Shown: piece by piece, positions 37,157 through 46,197 of the stretch
Layout of the letters: each line of letters begins with the position of its first letter
Numbering within the stretch: the first letter of the stretch is position 1
Source: a virus
Length of the DNA stretch: 64,000 nt
Strand: one strand, 5' to 3'
Virus record (IMG/VR): IMGVR_UViG_3300045902_000324
Location: 33,463 to 97,462 of that record
Program-made: the position numbers and the translations under genes
The notes under the pieces: generated by a model
The model's input: only the letters and a program-made list of their open reading frames with translations
Database searches by the model: none
Told to the model about the DNA's origin: nothing

Positions 37157-37762
37157 TTAGTTGAAAAACTCGAAGGACAATGACCCGTTTTCTGCCTTAA
37201 CGTCTACAATCCCAAAGCCGTCGTCCACCAGAAAACGCCACCAGTTCGCCCCAAAAATACAGTTCGGCTCACCAAGCGCCGACTGCGCTTCGATCAAGTC
37301 AGCCATCCTAAGCTGCCCGCTCTCCCACAGGTCTTTAAGCTTGGATACTTTTGCTAGAGATACTCTGGACTCGGCATTCTGAACAGAACTCTGTGGGCAG
37401 GCCAGCAGCCTGTTATCTACAGCGGGGGACATCTGCTCTGCGGTTGTCGTTTGCTCTGGTGGCACCGGGGCTGGCACATCCTCGCCCTGATAGCGGGCAA
37501 TCGCACCACTCGCCTCTCCTGCCACTTTGCCACCAAACTCACCTAGCGCTTCATGGGCGGGTTTTGAGTTTTCATAATCGAAATCCTTCCCGTCAGCCGC
37601 CTGCACACCACTCTTTCCAATGGCAAGCAAAAACTTAAACGTTGGGGCGAGGTTGAACTTGCCGGGTGCCTGCGTCAACTCTCCTCCTACCCACCCTGCT
37701 ACGCCGATCAGAATGGCGATCGTCATGGCACCCACAAACCAATCATGTACTCGTCCTAACAT
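37157..37762 (-). CDS. Hypothetical membrane-anchored protein
   Basis: N-terminal TM; GAGAG RBS upstream. Confidence 0.7.
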   Translation of the reverse strand: MLGRVHDWFVGAMTIAILIGVAGWVGGELTQAPGKFNLAPTFKFLLAIGKSGVQAADGKDFDYENSKPAHEALGEFGGKVAGEASGAIARYQGEDVPAPVPPEQTTTAEQMSPAVDNRLLACPQSSVQNAESRVSLAKVSKLKDLWESGQLRMADLIEAQSALGEPNCIFGANWWRFLVDDGFGIVDVKAENGSLSFEFFN

Positions 37763-37816
37763 CTCTCACCTCTGTGGAAATCGAGTGGGCTGAAGACAGC
37801 CCATTTACTGTACGGC

Positions 37817-38182
37817 TTACGGCAGCGGAGCGGGATCGACTGGTGCTGGGAATAGCATGGGAGGCGCAACAATTGTGGCACCTGGCGGCTGAGCCTCCGG
37901 CAGCGGTGTTCCATCAGCGTTGGCAGCACCATCAAAGTTCGACGGGAGCAGGTTCAGCATCCGATGCACGAAGCATCCGATACTGCGGGCGTAGGAATCC
38001 TCGTTCAGGAAGTTGTGAGCGACCTGGCAGTTCCTACCCTGAACGCCCATCGCGGTATAGGTGATGATGCCACCGCCGGCCAACACCAGCAACGCGCAGA
38101 AGACACCTGCTGGTGTAAATCCGACGTTATCCCATAGGAAGTTGAAAACGTCACTGAATCCTACATTCTTGTTGTCGCGCAT
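37817..38182 (-). CDS. Hypothetical membrane protein
   Basis: One TM, Cys pair, Pro-rich tail; AAGGAG upstream. Confidence 0.7.
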   Translation of the reverse strand: MRDNKNVGFSDVFNFLWDNVGFTPAGVFCALLVLAGGGIITYTAMGVQGRNCQVAHNFLNEDSYARSIGCFVHRMLNLLPSNFDGAANADGTPLPEAQPPGATIVAPPMLFPAPVDPAPLP

Positions 38183-38215
38183 CGATCTCTCTCCTTAGAT
38201 TTACAACTTTGAAAC

Positions 38216-39793
38216 TTACGCAGCCCAGGCTTGCTGAGTGTGCGTACGAGCGGTCATGTATGCTGCATCGCCGGGGGCAACGTCGAAGATCACCCGGATT
38301 GCCTTGTCTTGATGTAGCCCGTTGGACTGACACCAGGACAAGCGATCGCGCAGCACACCAAGGTCAAACGGTCGGTCAGGCGATAGCACAGACCATGTGG
38401 ACACTTCAGCCAGTTGCTCAGGGGTCAGCCCACGCAGCTTGGCTGCACGCTCCGGTGATAGCGTTACCGCTGGTGCTGCGACTGGAGCAGTGGCAACGGG
38501 ATCCGTCATCAACCCGGCTTTCTTTGCCAGCGTCAACGCCCTCTCGTTCTCGGAGCCAAACACTCCGATTTCTGGGTGAGCGTTTTTCAACGCCCACATC
38601 TTGCCGAACACGGCACCCATCTGCTTCGGCGTGATGTCTAGCGCTGTTGGAATCAGACCAACTGTGTCTGGTTGCAAGAAGAAGACACCCTCTGGGCGAC
38701 GGCTGTCTTCCAGCAAGTCTTCCAACAGTTCAGCAGTCTCTTCTGTGGCCGCCATCCACCCATTGCCGCGCAGCGTGTCTAGTGCGGTCTTGCCTTGAAC
38801 CCAGAACGTGAGAGCGGAACGGGCAGGGGCATCCTTGACGTAGAGCGCTTCCACAGTTGGGCTGGTCGCCCCGATCACTGAACCGACTTTTAGGCTGTGC
38901 CCAGACACGGCGATCGCGTTGAGAACCGTATCCATAGCAGCGGCTTCCTGCTTGTTCAACACGCTGCTTAGCTTGACAGCGGAATAGTCTTCGATGACTA
39001 ACCATAGTTCTGGCTGCTCACCCAGTTCCGCCACGCTCATCTGGTGTCGAGCCTTTAACACATCACCCACCAGCTTTACAGCAGACGCGACTGACGCATG
39101 TGGACGGACTACGCCGGGGACGCGCTGCAACAGTGATTCTCGCTGGCTGATGAGGATTGGGATAGCGCGGTCTGCGATCGCCGTTGTGAGGGCAGAAATG
39201 ACGCCGTTGCGGACATCGCGCTCACCGAGCACAACCACACCGCTAGGTTTTTCCGTCGCTTCCTCGAATGCGCCATAGATCGTTGCTACATCATCGATAC
39301 CGGAGTTCTCTACTACGTCATCCATCGGACTGGCGACATAGCTTGAGTACGATGCTTCAAAATTCGAGATCGGCGGCTGCGTGTACGTGACTGGCTGAGG
39401 ATCTGTGTCAAGTGACGCAAGCGCAGCATCCTGAGAAACTACCGGGGCCTGTTGTCTGACCACGATTGGGGCAGGCGTCTGCACTGGGACTACAGTGTCT
39501 TCTTCTTCCTCATCGAATACCTGACTCGTAGAAAAGTCAAGCGCTATACGCACAGTAGCACCAACTGCCATCAGCGAAACCAACGTCATCAACCACCACA
39601 GAGGGGTTCGCTTTGCGTAGACCTCGAAGCCCTGCACGGGCTGCCCCGCTTCGTTGGTGCGCGTGGACTGGCGAATCTGAGCATCGGAGTACAGGGTGGC
39701 TCCGTAGAGCAGGAGCAGGGATGATGCGCTCAGTGCTGCGGCCTGTAACATCTCGTCTAGCGACCAAGTTTTCTTGACGTTTAATTCGATCAT
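38216..39793 (-). CDS. Two-TM protein with degenerate FtsK/HerA/coupling-protein-like P-loop domain
   Basis: Two N-terminal TMs; Walker-B-like LWLVIEDY followed by IAVSGHSLKVGSVIG (GR..GV-like motif); no intact Walker A. Confidence 0.5.
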   Translation of the reverse strand: MIELNVKKTWSLDEMLQAAALSASSLLLLYGATLYSDAQIRQSTRTNEAGQPVQGFEVYAKRTPLWWLMTLVSLMAVGATVRIALDFSTSQVFDEEEEDTVVPVQTPAPIVVRQQAPVVSQDAALASLDTDPQPVTYTQPPISNFEASYSSYVASPMDDVVENSGIDDVATIYGAFEEATEKPSGVVVLGERDVRNGVISALTTAIADRAIPILISQRESLLQRVPGVVRPHASVASAVKLVGDVLKARHQMSVAELGEQPELWLVIEDYSAVKLSSVLNKQEAAAMDTVLNAIAVSGHSLKVGSVIGATSPTVEALYVKDAPARSALTFWVQGKTALDTLRGNGWMAATEETAELLEDLLEDSRRPEGVFFLQPDTVGLIPTALDITPKQMGAVFGKMWALKNAHPEIGVFGSENERALTLAKKAGLMTDPVATAPVAAPAVTLSPERAAKLRGLTPEQLAEVSTWSVLSPDRPFDLGVLRDRLSWCQSNGLHQDKAIRVIFDVAPGDAAYMTARTHTQQAWAA

Positions 39794-40566
39794 TGGGCAC
39801 CCCCTGGCGCTCGGTTTACCAATTTCTGTGCAGCCTGCACTGTTGCTGCGAGACTAGCATTATATGCGTCGCTTTGGACTTGCCCGGTGCGGGCTTTCGG
39901 CGTACGTGTGGACGATGCGTTCGACCAATCCTGCAAAGCAGCCAGTACATCCAAGAAATTTCCTTCCGCAGCCCGAAACCGACTTGCGGTGTCTGCGTCA
40001 ACCCGAATCGCTTCTACCGTGGGCAGAGAAATCTGAACTTCGACTGGAGCACCCTGGTTAGCGGCCTCTACCTTATTCTGATACTCCGCCATCGTTGTCG
40101 CGTTCGGCTGCATCTGATACTTGGTGCTTGACTGGATAGCGACAGACCATGCGGTCAACTGCTCCATCAGGTAATGCCCCTCGGTTGGGTACAGATTTGA
40201 GTTCATGCGTGATTCTTCGCGGGCACGATCCAGCCACAGCTCGACCCGTCCTGTACGTACGTGCTGACCGATCAGTGCGGACTGAGTGCGGAAGTATCCG
40301 GCTGCACCAACAAACGTGGTGAACGCCTCCTGGTCTGCTGAGGCTTCAAGCGCGGCTGGCGTTTCACTTGCCGTTTTGTCAGTCGCCGCAGGCTGCAATA
40401 ACTGAGCCGCCTGAACAAACTCGCGCTTCTCGTGAACGAATAGGAATCCGGTGACTCCGCGCACCAGCAGCATAAACGTAACCAACCCACCGCCCAGGGC
40501 AGCCACAAACAGCAACCTCTGTAGGTGCTTTGCTCTGGGCTTTTCTTCAACGTTCGCATTAATCAT
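39790..40566 (-). CDS. Hypothetical membrane-anchored protein
   Basis: N-terminal TM; overlaps both neighbours. Confidence 0.7.
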   Translation of the reverse strand: MINANVEEKPRAKHLQRLLFVAALGGGLVTFMLLVRGVTGFLFVHEKREFVQAAQLLQPAATDKTASETPAALEASADQEAFTTFVGAAGYFRTQSALIGQHVRTGRVELWLDRAREESRMNSNLYPTEGHYLMEQLTAWSVAIQSSTKYQMQPNATTMAEYQNKVEAANQGAPVEVQISLPTVEAIRVDADTASRFRAAEGNFLDVLAALQDWSNASSTRTPKARTGQVQSDAYNASLAATVQAAQKLVNRAPGGAQ

Positions 40567-40864
40567 CGACCTTCTCCCTCAACTGATAAAGGGCTACTAA
40601 TCCTGCTTGATCTTGTGACTTGGAGTATTCCGCCTCCAACAGTCTGAACTTATCCTCAAAGACTCTGTGGGCGGCGGACGCTTGCTCCTTTCGTGCGATC
40701 GCCGTGGTTGCTGCGCCTGCTGCCGCCCCTGCCGCTGCCCCAGTGCCGACCAGTACGAACCGTAGCGTGCTCTGAAACTGTGACTGCAATCCTAACTGGA
40801 GGCAGGCTACGAAGCTTAGGAACCCAACCACACCGCCCGCCGCCATTCCCACAATCGTCTTCAT
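40559..40864 (-). CDS. Small two-TM protein
   Basis: Gly/Ala-rich hydrophobic helices; ATGA coupling. Confidence 0.7.
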   Translation of the reverse strand: MKTIVGMAAGGVVGFLSFVACLQLGLQSQFQSTLRFVLVGTGAAAGAAAGAATTAIARKEQASAAHRVFEDKFRLLEAEYSKSQDQAGLVALYQLREKVDD

Positions 40865-41052
40865 CTCGCATTTCCTCTCTGCGTCATCAATCCAACAGCG
40901 CCGCCAGCAATCAACCCGAACATGAATGCAGCAGACCGAGCACTATCAATCTGACTCTCTTTGACCTGATTGCTTTTGTTGGTGGACACAGACACTATCA
41001 ATGCGGAAATGACTATTAAAAAACCCAGTGCAGTGCCTACTAAAAATTTCAT
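40861..41052 (-). CDS. Small two-TM protein
   Basis: Two hydrophobic helices; ATGA coupling. Confidence 0.7.
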   Translation of the reverse strand: MKFLVGTALGFLIVISALIVSVSTNKSNQVKESQIDSARSAAFMFGLIAGGAVGLMTQRGNAR

Positions 41053-41366
41053 TCCCAGTCCTCCAGGGCAACGCCTTTAAGCACGCTATCCACAGATACA
41101 ATCGGGGCTGTGAAAACTTCCTCAACGATATCACCCGGTTCTTCTGTCTGGGGGGCAACCCTATTAGCCGCCTGCACTCTGCTCTTTGCTGCTGCGATCG
41201 CTGCGGGCAACGTAGCGTTCAGATGTCCCATCAGAGCGTGGTTGTGGGGCACTTGAAACCCGCGCTCTCTAGATAGGATTTTTACGTACTCGTCTAGCAA
41301 TCGCTTTACATCGGGGCTGGTAATACGATACCGAGCCAGAATTGTTTCGTTACTACCAGCCATCAC
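41049..41366 (-). CDS. Putative ParR-like partition adaptor
   Basis: Small ORF directly downstream of the ParM-like gene; acidic C-terminal tail. Confidence 0.45.
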   Translation of the reverse strand: MMAGSNETILARYRITSPDVKRLLDEYVKILSRERGFQVPHNHALMGHLNATLPAAIAAAKSRVQAANRVAPQTEEPGDIVEEVFTAPIVSVDSVLKGVALEDWE

Positions 41367-42530
41367 CTATACCAACGCAAAGTACGGAACTTGACGCGCT
41401 CTCCCGGAAAGTTCGACCTCTTTCACGGGTAGTCCTACCTGGACTAAAAACGCTTCGTCCATCAGCCGAGCAGCCCCCTTAACGTTTGCTGTCTCCGGTT
41501 CATCCAGTGACACAAAGTTGAACCCTGTCTGGTTGAGCGCGGCGATCGCAGGGGCGAAATAATGGGAGCCACCGCCTAGCGTGAGCGTCCTGGCTCTCTC
41601 GCTACCCCAGTCAGCAGCAACTTCTGAATAAAGCGATGCGACCTGCATTGCCCAGTTACGCCGTGCTTTGGCTACAAACTCATCGAAGTGGATCGGGACA
41701 TCAGCGTTCGCTGAGCCATAAACGTATCGAGTACCCTTGGTAGCTTTTGTGGACTTCATGCCGTTTAGCAACCCGTCCAAAATCAGACCCGTGTCGAATG
41801 TTCCGCCTGGGAACATGCCAGCAGCTTTCATTTGCTGTCCGATTGCTTTGCCCAGGCTGTGAACGCCACCACGGGGTGAGTTGATTCGGGCACCTGGCAG
41901 CGGGCCACGGGAACCGACCACAGCGGTGATTGCGCTCAGACCGCCGATGTCCAAGTACGCATTCTTTTCTTTGGGGTTCATCACGCCCAAGCCGACTGCT
42001 TCGTAGTAGCCTGCCAGTCCTTCTGGCATCAGCACCAGCGAGTCCGGGCGAATCAGCACGTCCAGGCTGATCCCGTTGCGAACAACGTAGTGATGTCCAG
42101 TTAGCGCGGACTGGTAAGCCTTCAAAACTTCAGCGCTTGGGTCTGGGTGGAGAACCACCATCTCAACTACTTCGTAAGAAGTCGTCGAATCCATGTCAAG
42201 CATTCCAAGCGTGAAGAACAAGGCGCTACTGATTTTTCCAGCGCCGTTGCTGGTGTCGAGTTTGAACACTGGCAAGCGGGAATCAAAATCGTATGCACCC
42301 TCGCCAACCACAACGGTCTGCCCACCCCATAGCGTCTCTGATGGGCCGCCAGTGATATCCAAGTATGCCGAGGCTGGGGCGATCGCCACATGTGGAACCT
42401 CATAGCCAGGAAAGGCTACGAGCGAGTGAAACACGCGCTCAAGCACTTCACCAGTAGACATGTTATCAACGCGAACCAGAGTGCTTCTATTCCCAAAATC
42501 ACAGATGACTTTAATTTTTTCAGGCACCAC
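41367..42530 (-). CDS. parM: Actin-like plasmid segregation ATPase (ParM/StbA family)
   Basis: ICDFGNRST, MPEG, YLDIGG, LGGGS, ANVKG actin-fold motifs; AAGGAG 9 nt before GTG 42530. Confidence 0.85.
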   Translation of the reverse strand: MVPEKIKVICDFGNRSTLVRVDNMSTGEVLERVFHSLVAFPGYEVPHVAIAPASAYLDITGGPSETLWGGQTVVVGEGAYDFDSRLPVFKLDTSNGAGKISSALFFTLGMLDMDSTTSYEVVEMVVLHPDPSAEVLKAYQSALTGHHYVVRNGISLDVLIRPDSLVLMPEGLAGYYEAVGLGVMNPKEKNAYLDIGGLSAITAVVGSRGPLPGARINSPRGGVHSLGKAIGQQMKAAGMFPGGTFDTGLILDGLLNGMKSTKATKGTRYVYGSANADVPIHFDEFVAKARRNWAMQVASLYSEVAADWGSERARTLTLGGGSHYFAPAIAALNQTGFNFVSLDEPETANVKGAARLMDEAFLVQVGLPVKEVELSGRARQVPYFALV

Positions 42531-42552
42531 TGTGCTTTTCTCCTTAAAATTT

Positions 42553-42593
42553 TTGTCTGGTTCCAGGTGTGTCTTGTCCGGTTCCAGGTGTCT
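42553..42593. repeat. Tandem direct repeat TTGTCYGGTTCCAGGTGT (21-bp period); parC/operator candidate
   Basis: Two copies between the promoter (42600-42628, TTGACA-N17-TACGAC) and the parM RBS. Confidence 0.6.
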
Positions 42594-42672
42594 TACATAG
42601 TCGTAACGCTTTATCGTTAGTTTGTCAAGCGTTTCTCTATAAATAGTGAAAATCTGTGGGCTTTTCTGCTTT

Positions 42673-43224
42673 TCAGCCTGTGAAGAGATACCATCCGTTT
42701 TGTGCGGCGTCTTCTGCAACACGCTTGAGCTGTGCGATAACTTCTGCATTAACGCGCCCGGTTCGTTCCACATACCAGCCGTCTGGCAAGTGTATCGACA
42801 ACACAATTGATCTGCCGCCCGATGGCACCGAGGCTTTTACGAGAAATGTCAGCTCTGGGTGCTGGATTGCACCAAGCCCCCCTACTAGGTTTATCCGAAC
42901 GCCGTGGGGCGAGTGCTTGGCGGGAGTATCCAGTTGAATACGTAGCTTGTACTCATCCGAACAGAAAAACACGGGGTTGCCGTTGGCAATCTTGACAATT
43001 TCTCCAAGCGGCTCAAACGCCTCTTGTAGAGCCTCGGTCAACCACGACAAGAACATCAACATCCCTTTTGGCGGTTTGGCGTATGCGGAATTTCGACCAG
43101 GGATTATCCGGGTCGGGTTTTTCTTGCTATCAATCTGAATCACATCCTTCACCAAAGACAAAAAGACACCATCGAAAAACGATAGTGCCTCAATTCTATG
43201 GCGAAACTTGTACAACTTGCACAA
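42673..43224 (-). CDS. Hypothetical protein (start uncertain)
   Basis: ORF track only. Confidence 0.45.
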   Translation of the reverse strand: MCKLYKFRHRIEALSFFDGVFLSLVKDVIQIDSKKNPTRIIPGRNSAYAKPPKGMLMFLSWLTEALQEAFEPLGEIVKIANGNPVFFCSDEYKLRIQLDTPAKHSPHGVRINLVGGLGAIQHPELTFLVKASVPSGGRSIVLSIHLPDGWYVERTGRVNAEVIAQLKRVAEDAAQNGWYLFTG

Positions 43225-45033
43225 TTAGACAGCTAGTTGCTTTGCCCCCCAGGTGGACACCTTTTGCGTTACCACCATTCTCAATTGTTGGTCAATATCT
43301 GGGTACTTGTTCAGAACGTCTTTCCCGAACTCAAGCTTTAGTTGAACCAATGCCCATTCTCCACAGTCCGTAGCCGTTTTCCAGCCACGCTTTACGAACC
43401 ACTCCTCTCTGGTATCCACAAGCTTTACCAGGTAGCCGCAGTACGCCTCGACATCAGAGCGATTGCAGTTTCCATCGAATACAGCACCCATTCTCCACTC
43501 TGGCAGCGGGCGATACTTCTCCCAATCCTTAGACGCAGGTTTCTGAGATCCCGACATTTTCATCACGGTCTTATAATTCGCCCATTCTGGCAGGTAGCCA
43601 TCGGCAAACGCTTTCTTTAGGAAGCGGACGTATGTACGGTGGTGCTTCTTGTCTTCGCCCTTCAGCAGAGCCACCATCTCACCCACTCGCTCAACCAGCT
43701 CTCGCTGTGGGAACTCATACCCACACTTGGGGCACGTCATCTGGAAGGCGTACATCAGGTTCCCGCAGCCGCCACCCAGTCCAGGAGGACACATTTTCAT
43801 AGGCGGGTCGCCCTCTCCCGGCGGACGTGGCTCGTCCAACTCGATCGGCACGTAGTCCTCTACAAAACCGTTCACGCCGTGTCTCACGACGTTACCTGCC
43901 TGGTCGAGGATCATGCAGTCAACTTTTCCGATATTTGGTGATGTCCGGCTACCTCTGCCGTACTTCTGCAAATGCAACGTCAACGACTTCGTTGGCGCAC
44001 AATCAAGAACGGCTTCGACTTCGGCAACATCAAAACCCGTGGTCAGCAATGCGACCGAAGATAGCACTCGAATCCGGCCAGACCGCAACAGCTCGAATTT
44101 TTCCTGCCTCTCGTCAAAATCCGCATCGCCGTCAATATGCATGGCGATCGGGCCGTTCCACACGGTTGCGAACTCTCGATTGAACTGATCGACTGTGTGC
44201 AAACTGTGATCGATGCCAGTGCAGAAAGCGATCGTCCGGCGAGGGTCGCCGGGGCGTTCTGCCCAAACCTTGTCTTTCCACGCCTCTACGCTGTTGCTCA
44301 CAGCGCCAGGGGTGTCGCACTTGGCTTGCAACTCGCCTTGGTTGTAGTCGCCCCCCGTGGTGCGAACATCAGAGACATCGATCGCTCGGTCTTTAGCAAA
44401 CCCATAGTACTGGAAGGGCACCAGCCCCTCTGCGAATCCAGTCTGCCGACCGATGTCGATCAGATCTCCCCAAGTCGGGCCAACAATTAGCTTGCTATAC
44501 CGCTGCTTTAACCCTTCCGTTTTCTTAGTGCGGAGCGGCGAGGCTGTAAGCCCTACTATCCATGCTTCAGGATACGCCTCGAAAACTTTTCTATATCCAG
44601 CAGATAGCGATGTGTGGCACTCGTCCACCAAGATGAGTCGAGCCTCTGGGGGGAATATGCCGCGACTCGCCATCGTCTGGATGCCGCCAACCATAATCAT
44701 GTGTTCTTTATCTACAAGGTGTTTCCACTGTGGCCCAGCCTTAATCACACGCGGCTCCTTCACGCCATATCGCTCTAGCGTGCGGACGGTCTGAGTTACC
44801 AAATTGTCCTGGTTCATCAAGAACATGGACGGGACACCCTGCTTTGCTGCGTTAATCATCAACGCAGCGGAAATCACTGTTTTTCCCGCGCCACACGGGG
44901 CGTAAACCACAGCGTTTCTGTTAATTCCAGGCACATCTCCGTCTTCCAACGGCTTGTCCTTTTCCTCAGCAATCCAGCTTTTTATCTGGTTCACCAGAGG
45001 GGTCTGATACCCTCTAAGCGACGGCGGTTGCAT
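43225..45033 (-). CDS. SF2 DExH helicase with Zn ribbon (YejH/RadD-like)
   Basis: LRGYQ, APCGAGKT, DECH, GLTASP, GFD, QKYGRGSR, CPKCG; promoter 45044-45072 supports start at 45033. Confidence 0.92.
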   Translation of the reverse strand: MQPPSLRGYQTPLVNQIKSWIAEEKDKPLEDGDVPGINRNAVVYAPCGAGKTVISAALMINAAKQGVPSMFLMNQDNLVTQTVRTLERYGVKEPRVIKAGPQWKHLVDKEHMIMVGGIQTMASRGIFPPEARLILVDECHTSLSAGYRKVFEAYPEAWIVGLTASPLRTKKTEGLKQRYSKLIVGPTWGDLIDIGRQTGFAEGLVPFQYYGFAKDRAIDVSDVRTTGGDYNQGELQAKCDTPGAVSNSVEAWKDKVWAERPGDPRRTIAFCTGIDHSLHTVDQFNREFATVWNGPIAMHIDGDADFDERQEKFELLRSGRIRVLSSVALLTTGFDVAEVEAVLDCAPTKSLTLHLQKYGRGSRTSPNIGKVDCMILDQAGNVVRHGVNGFVEDYVPIELDEPRPPGEGDPPMKMCPPGLGGGCGNLMYAFQMTCPKCGYEFPQRELVERVGEMVALLKGEDKKHHRTYVRFLKKAFADGYLPEWANYKTVMKMSGSQKPASKDWEKYRPLPEWRMGAVFDGNCNRSDVEAYCGYLVKLVDTREEWFVKRGWKTATDCGEWALVQLKLEFGKDVLNKYPDIDQQLRMVVTQKVSTWGAKQLAV

Positions 45034-45113
45034 GGTTTCAATTATCGTCATAGTGTCACTCCAATTGGTCAAGTATTTTATATAACTAGTATTATTTGTC
45101 TATAATCTAGGCT

Positions 45114-45404
45114 ATGGAATCACTCTCGATATCTGAGTTTCGGACAACTCACCGGAACAAGGCAAAACAACACATTCTCAAAGGGTTCGCCGTCGAACTC
45201 ACCTACTACAACCAACCTATAGCAGTGGCTCAGTCATACGCAACCACGGATACATCATCTGTGTGGAACGCTACAACACTGTCCCTGCAAGAGGCCGCCA
45301 CAGAAGGGGGGTTGCTCACGGAATCGTTGCTATCTGGAAAGCCCGTGGTAATAACCAGCGGACAATCCAAACGCCCGATAATCGCAATCACGCCTTTTGC
45401 CTGA
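45114..45404 (+). CDS. Tandem Phd/YefM-like DNA-binding domain protein
   Basis: Two repeats: LSISEFR..GFAVELTYYNQPIAV and LSLQEAA..GKPVVITSGQSKRPIIAI. Confidence 0.6.
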   Translation: MESLSISEFRTTHRNKAKQHILKGFAVELTYYNQPIAVAQSYATTDTSSVWNATTLSLQEAATEGGLLTESLLSGKPVVITSGQSKRPIIAITPFA

Positions 45405-46083
45405 CCTGAAACGGCAGCGCTTCTAATTGCGAAACGCGAGACTGTGGGACGGACAGTTCCCAGCTCTTGTCTTTGGCATTCCAATGGAAGCCTGCCTCTT
45501 TCGCCTGATCTTTGTGCGCGAAATCGACCAGCGCGACAACCGTCACCTTTGGCTCCAGTGCCAGAGCGAGGCGATCGCCCATCTCCGGCGTTCGTTTCAT
45601 GACTTCAACCAACAGTTCACAATCTGCCAGTGCTCGATGCTGCTGGTCTGGGATTACCGCAACACCTTCGAGCAGTGCCAGCATTTGGAGTGCGACAGGC
45701 TTTCCAAGTACTTTGGTATTCTGCCACTCAATTTCTGTAGCCGAGCAGACCCACGGTGCGGTGAGCGTTTCTGCTCCGACAAACTGTTCCACAAACCCAC
45801 GGTCGAACATCTTGTTGTGCGCGATCACACAGTCAGCTTGCAAGAGCATCCACTTCAGCAATTCGATCGCTGCATTTGACAGTGCGCTCATGCGCTGCGT
45901 TGCGGCTGCGGGTATGTGGTTGACGTGCTCCATCGGATTCTCATCGACGGGAATGACTGTGGCAATCGACATTAACGGTGTTCTGGACTCGATCGAATAG
46001 AGCACTGCGGCAACTTCTACACATTCATGTATCGTCGGGTCATCACCTGTGGTTTCTGTGTCTAGGATTAGGGCTGTACGCAT
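45388..46083 (-). CDS. DEDDh 3'-5' exonuclease (DnaQ-like) with DUF5710-like C-terminus
   Basis: LDTETTG, AHNKMFD, HRALAD; KDQAKEAGFHWNAKDKSW. Confidence 0.9.
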   Translation of the reverse strand: MRTALILDTETTGDDPTIHECVEVAAVLYSIESRTPLMSIATVIPVDENPMEHVNHIPAAATQRMSALSNAAIELLKWMLLQADCVIAHNKMFDRGFVEQFVGAETLTAPWVCSATEIEWQNTKVLGKPVALQMLALLEGVAVIPDQQHRALADCELLVEVMKRTPEMGDRLALALEPKVTVVALVDFAHKDQAKEAGFHWNAKDKSWELSVPQSRVSQLEALPFQVRQKA

Positions 46084-46197
46084 TTCCGTCTCTTTGGTAC
46101 TCACTATATCGTAGTCGAAAGACCTCATTAGGTCAATGCATAGATCGATAGAGTTGACTTCTCCCCTCCTTGAAAGAGAGGGGATTCCCAAAGGATG

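Noticed and set aside
34450-41052. Canonical type IV secretion/conjugation system
   Set aside because: No VirB4 or relaxase, and the coupling-like protein has no intact Walker A.
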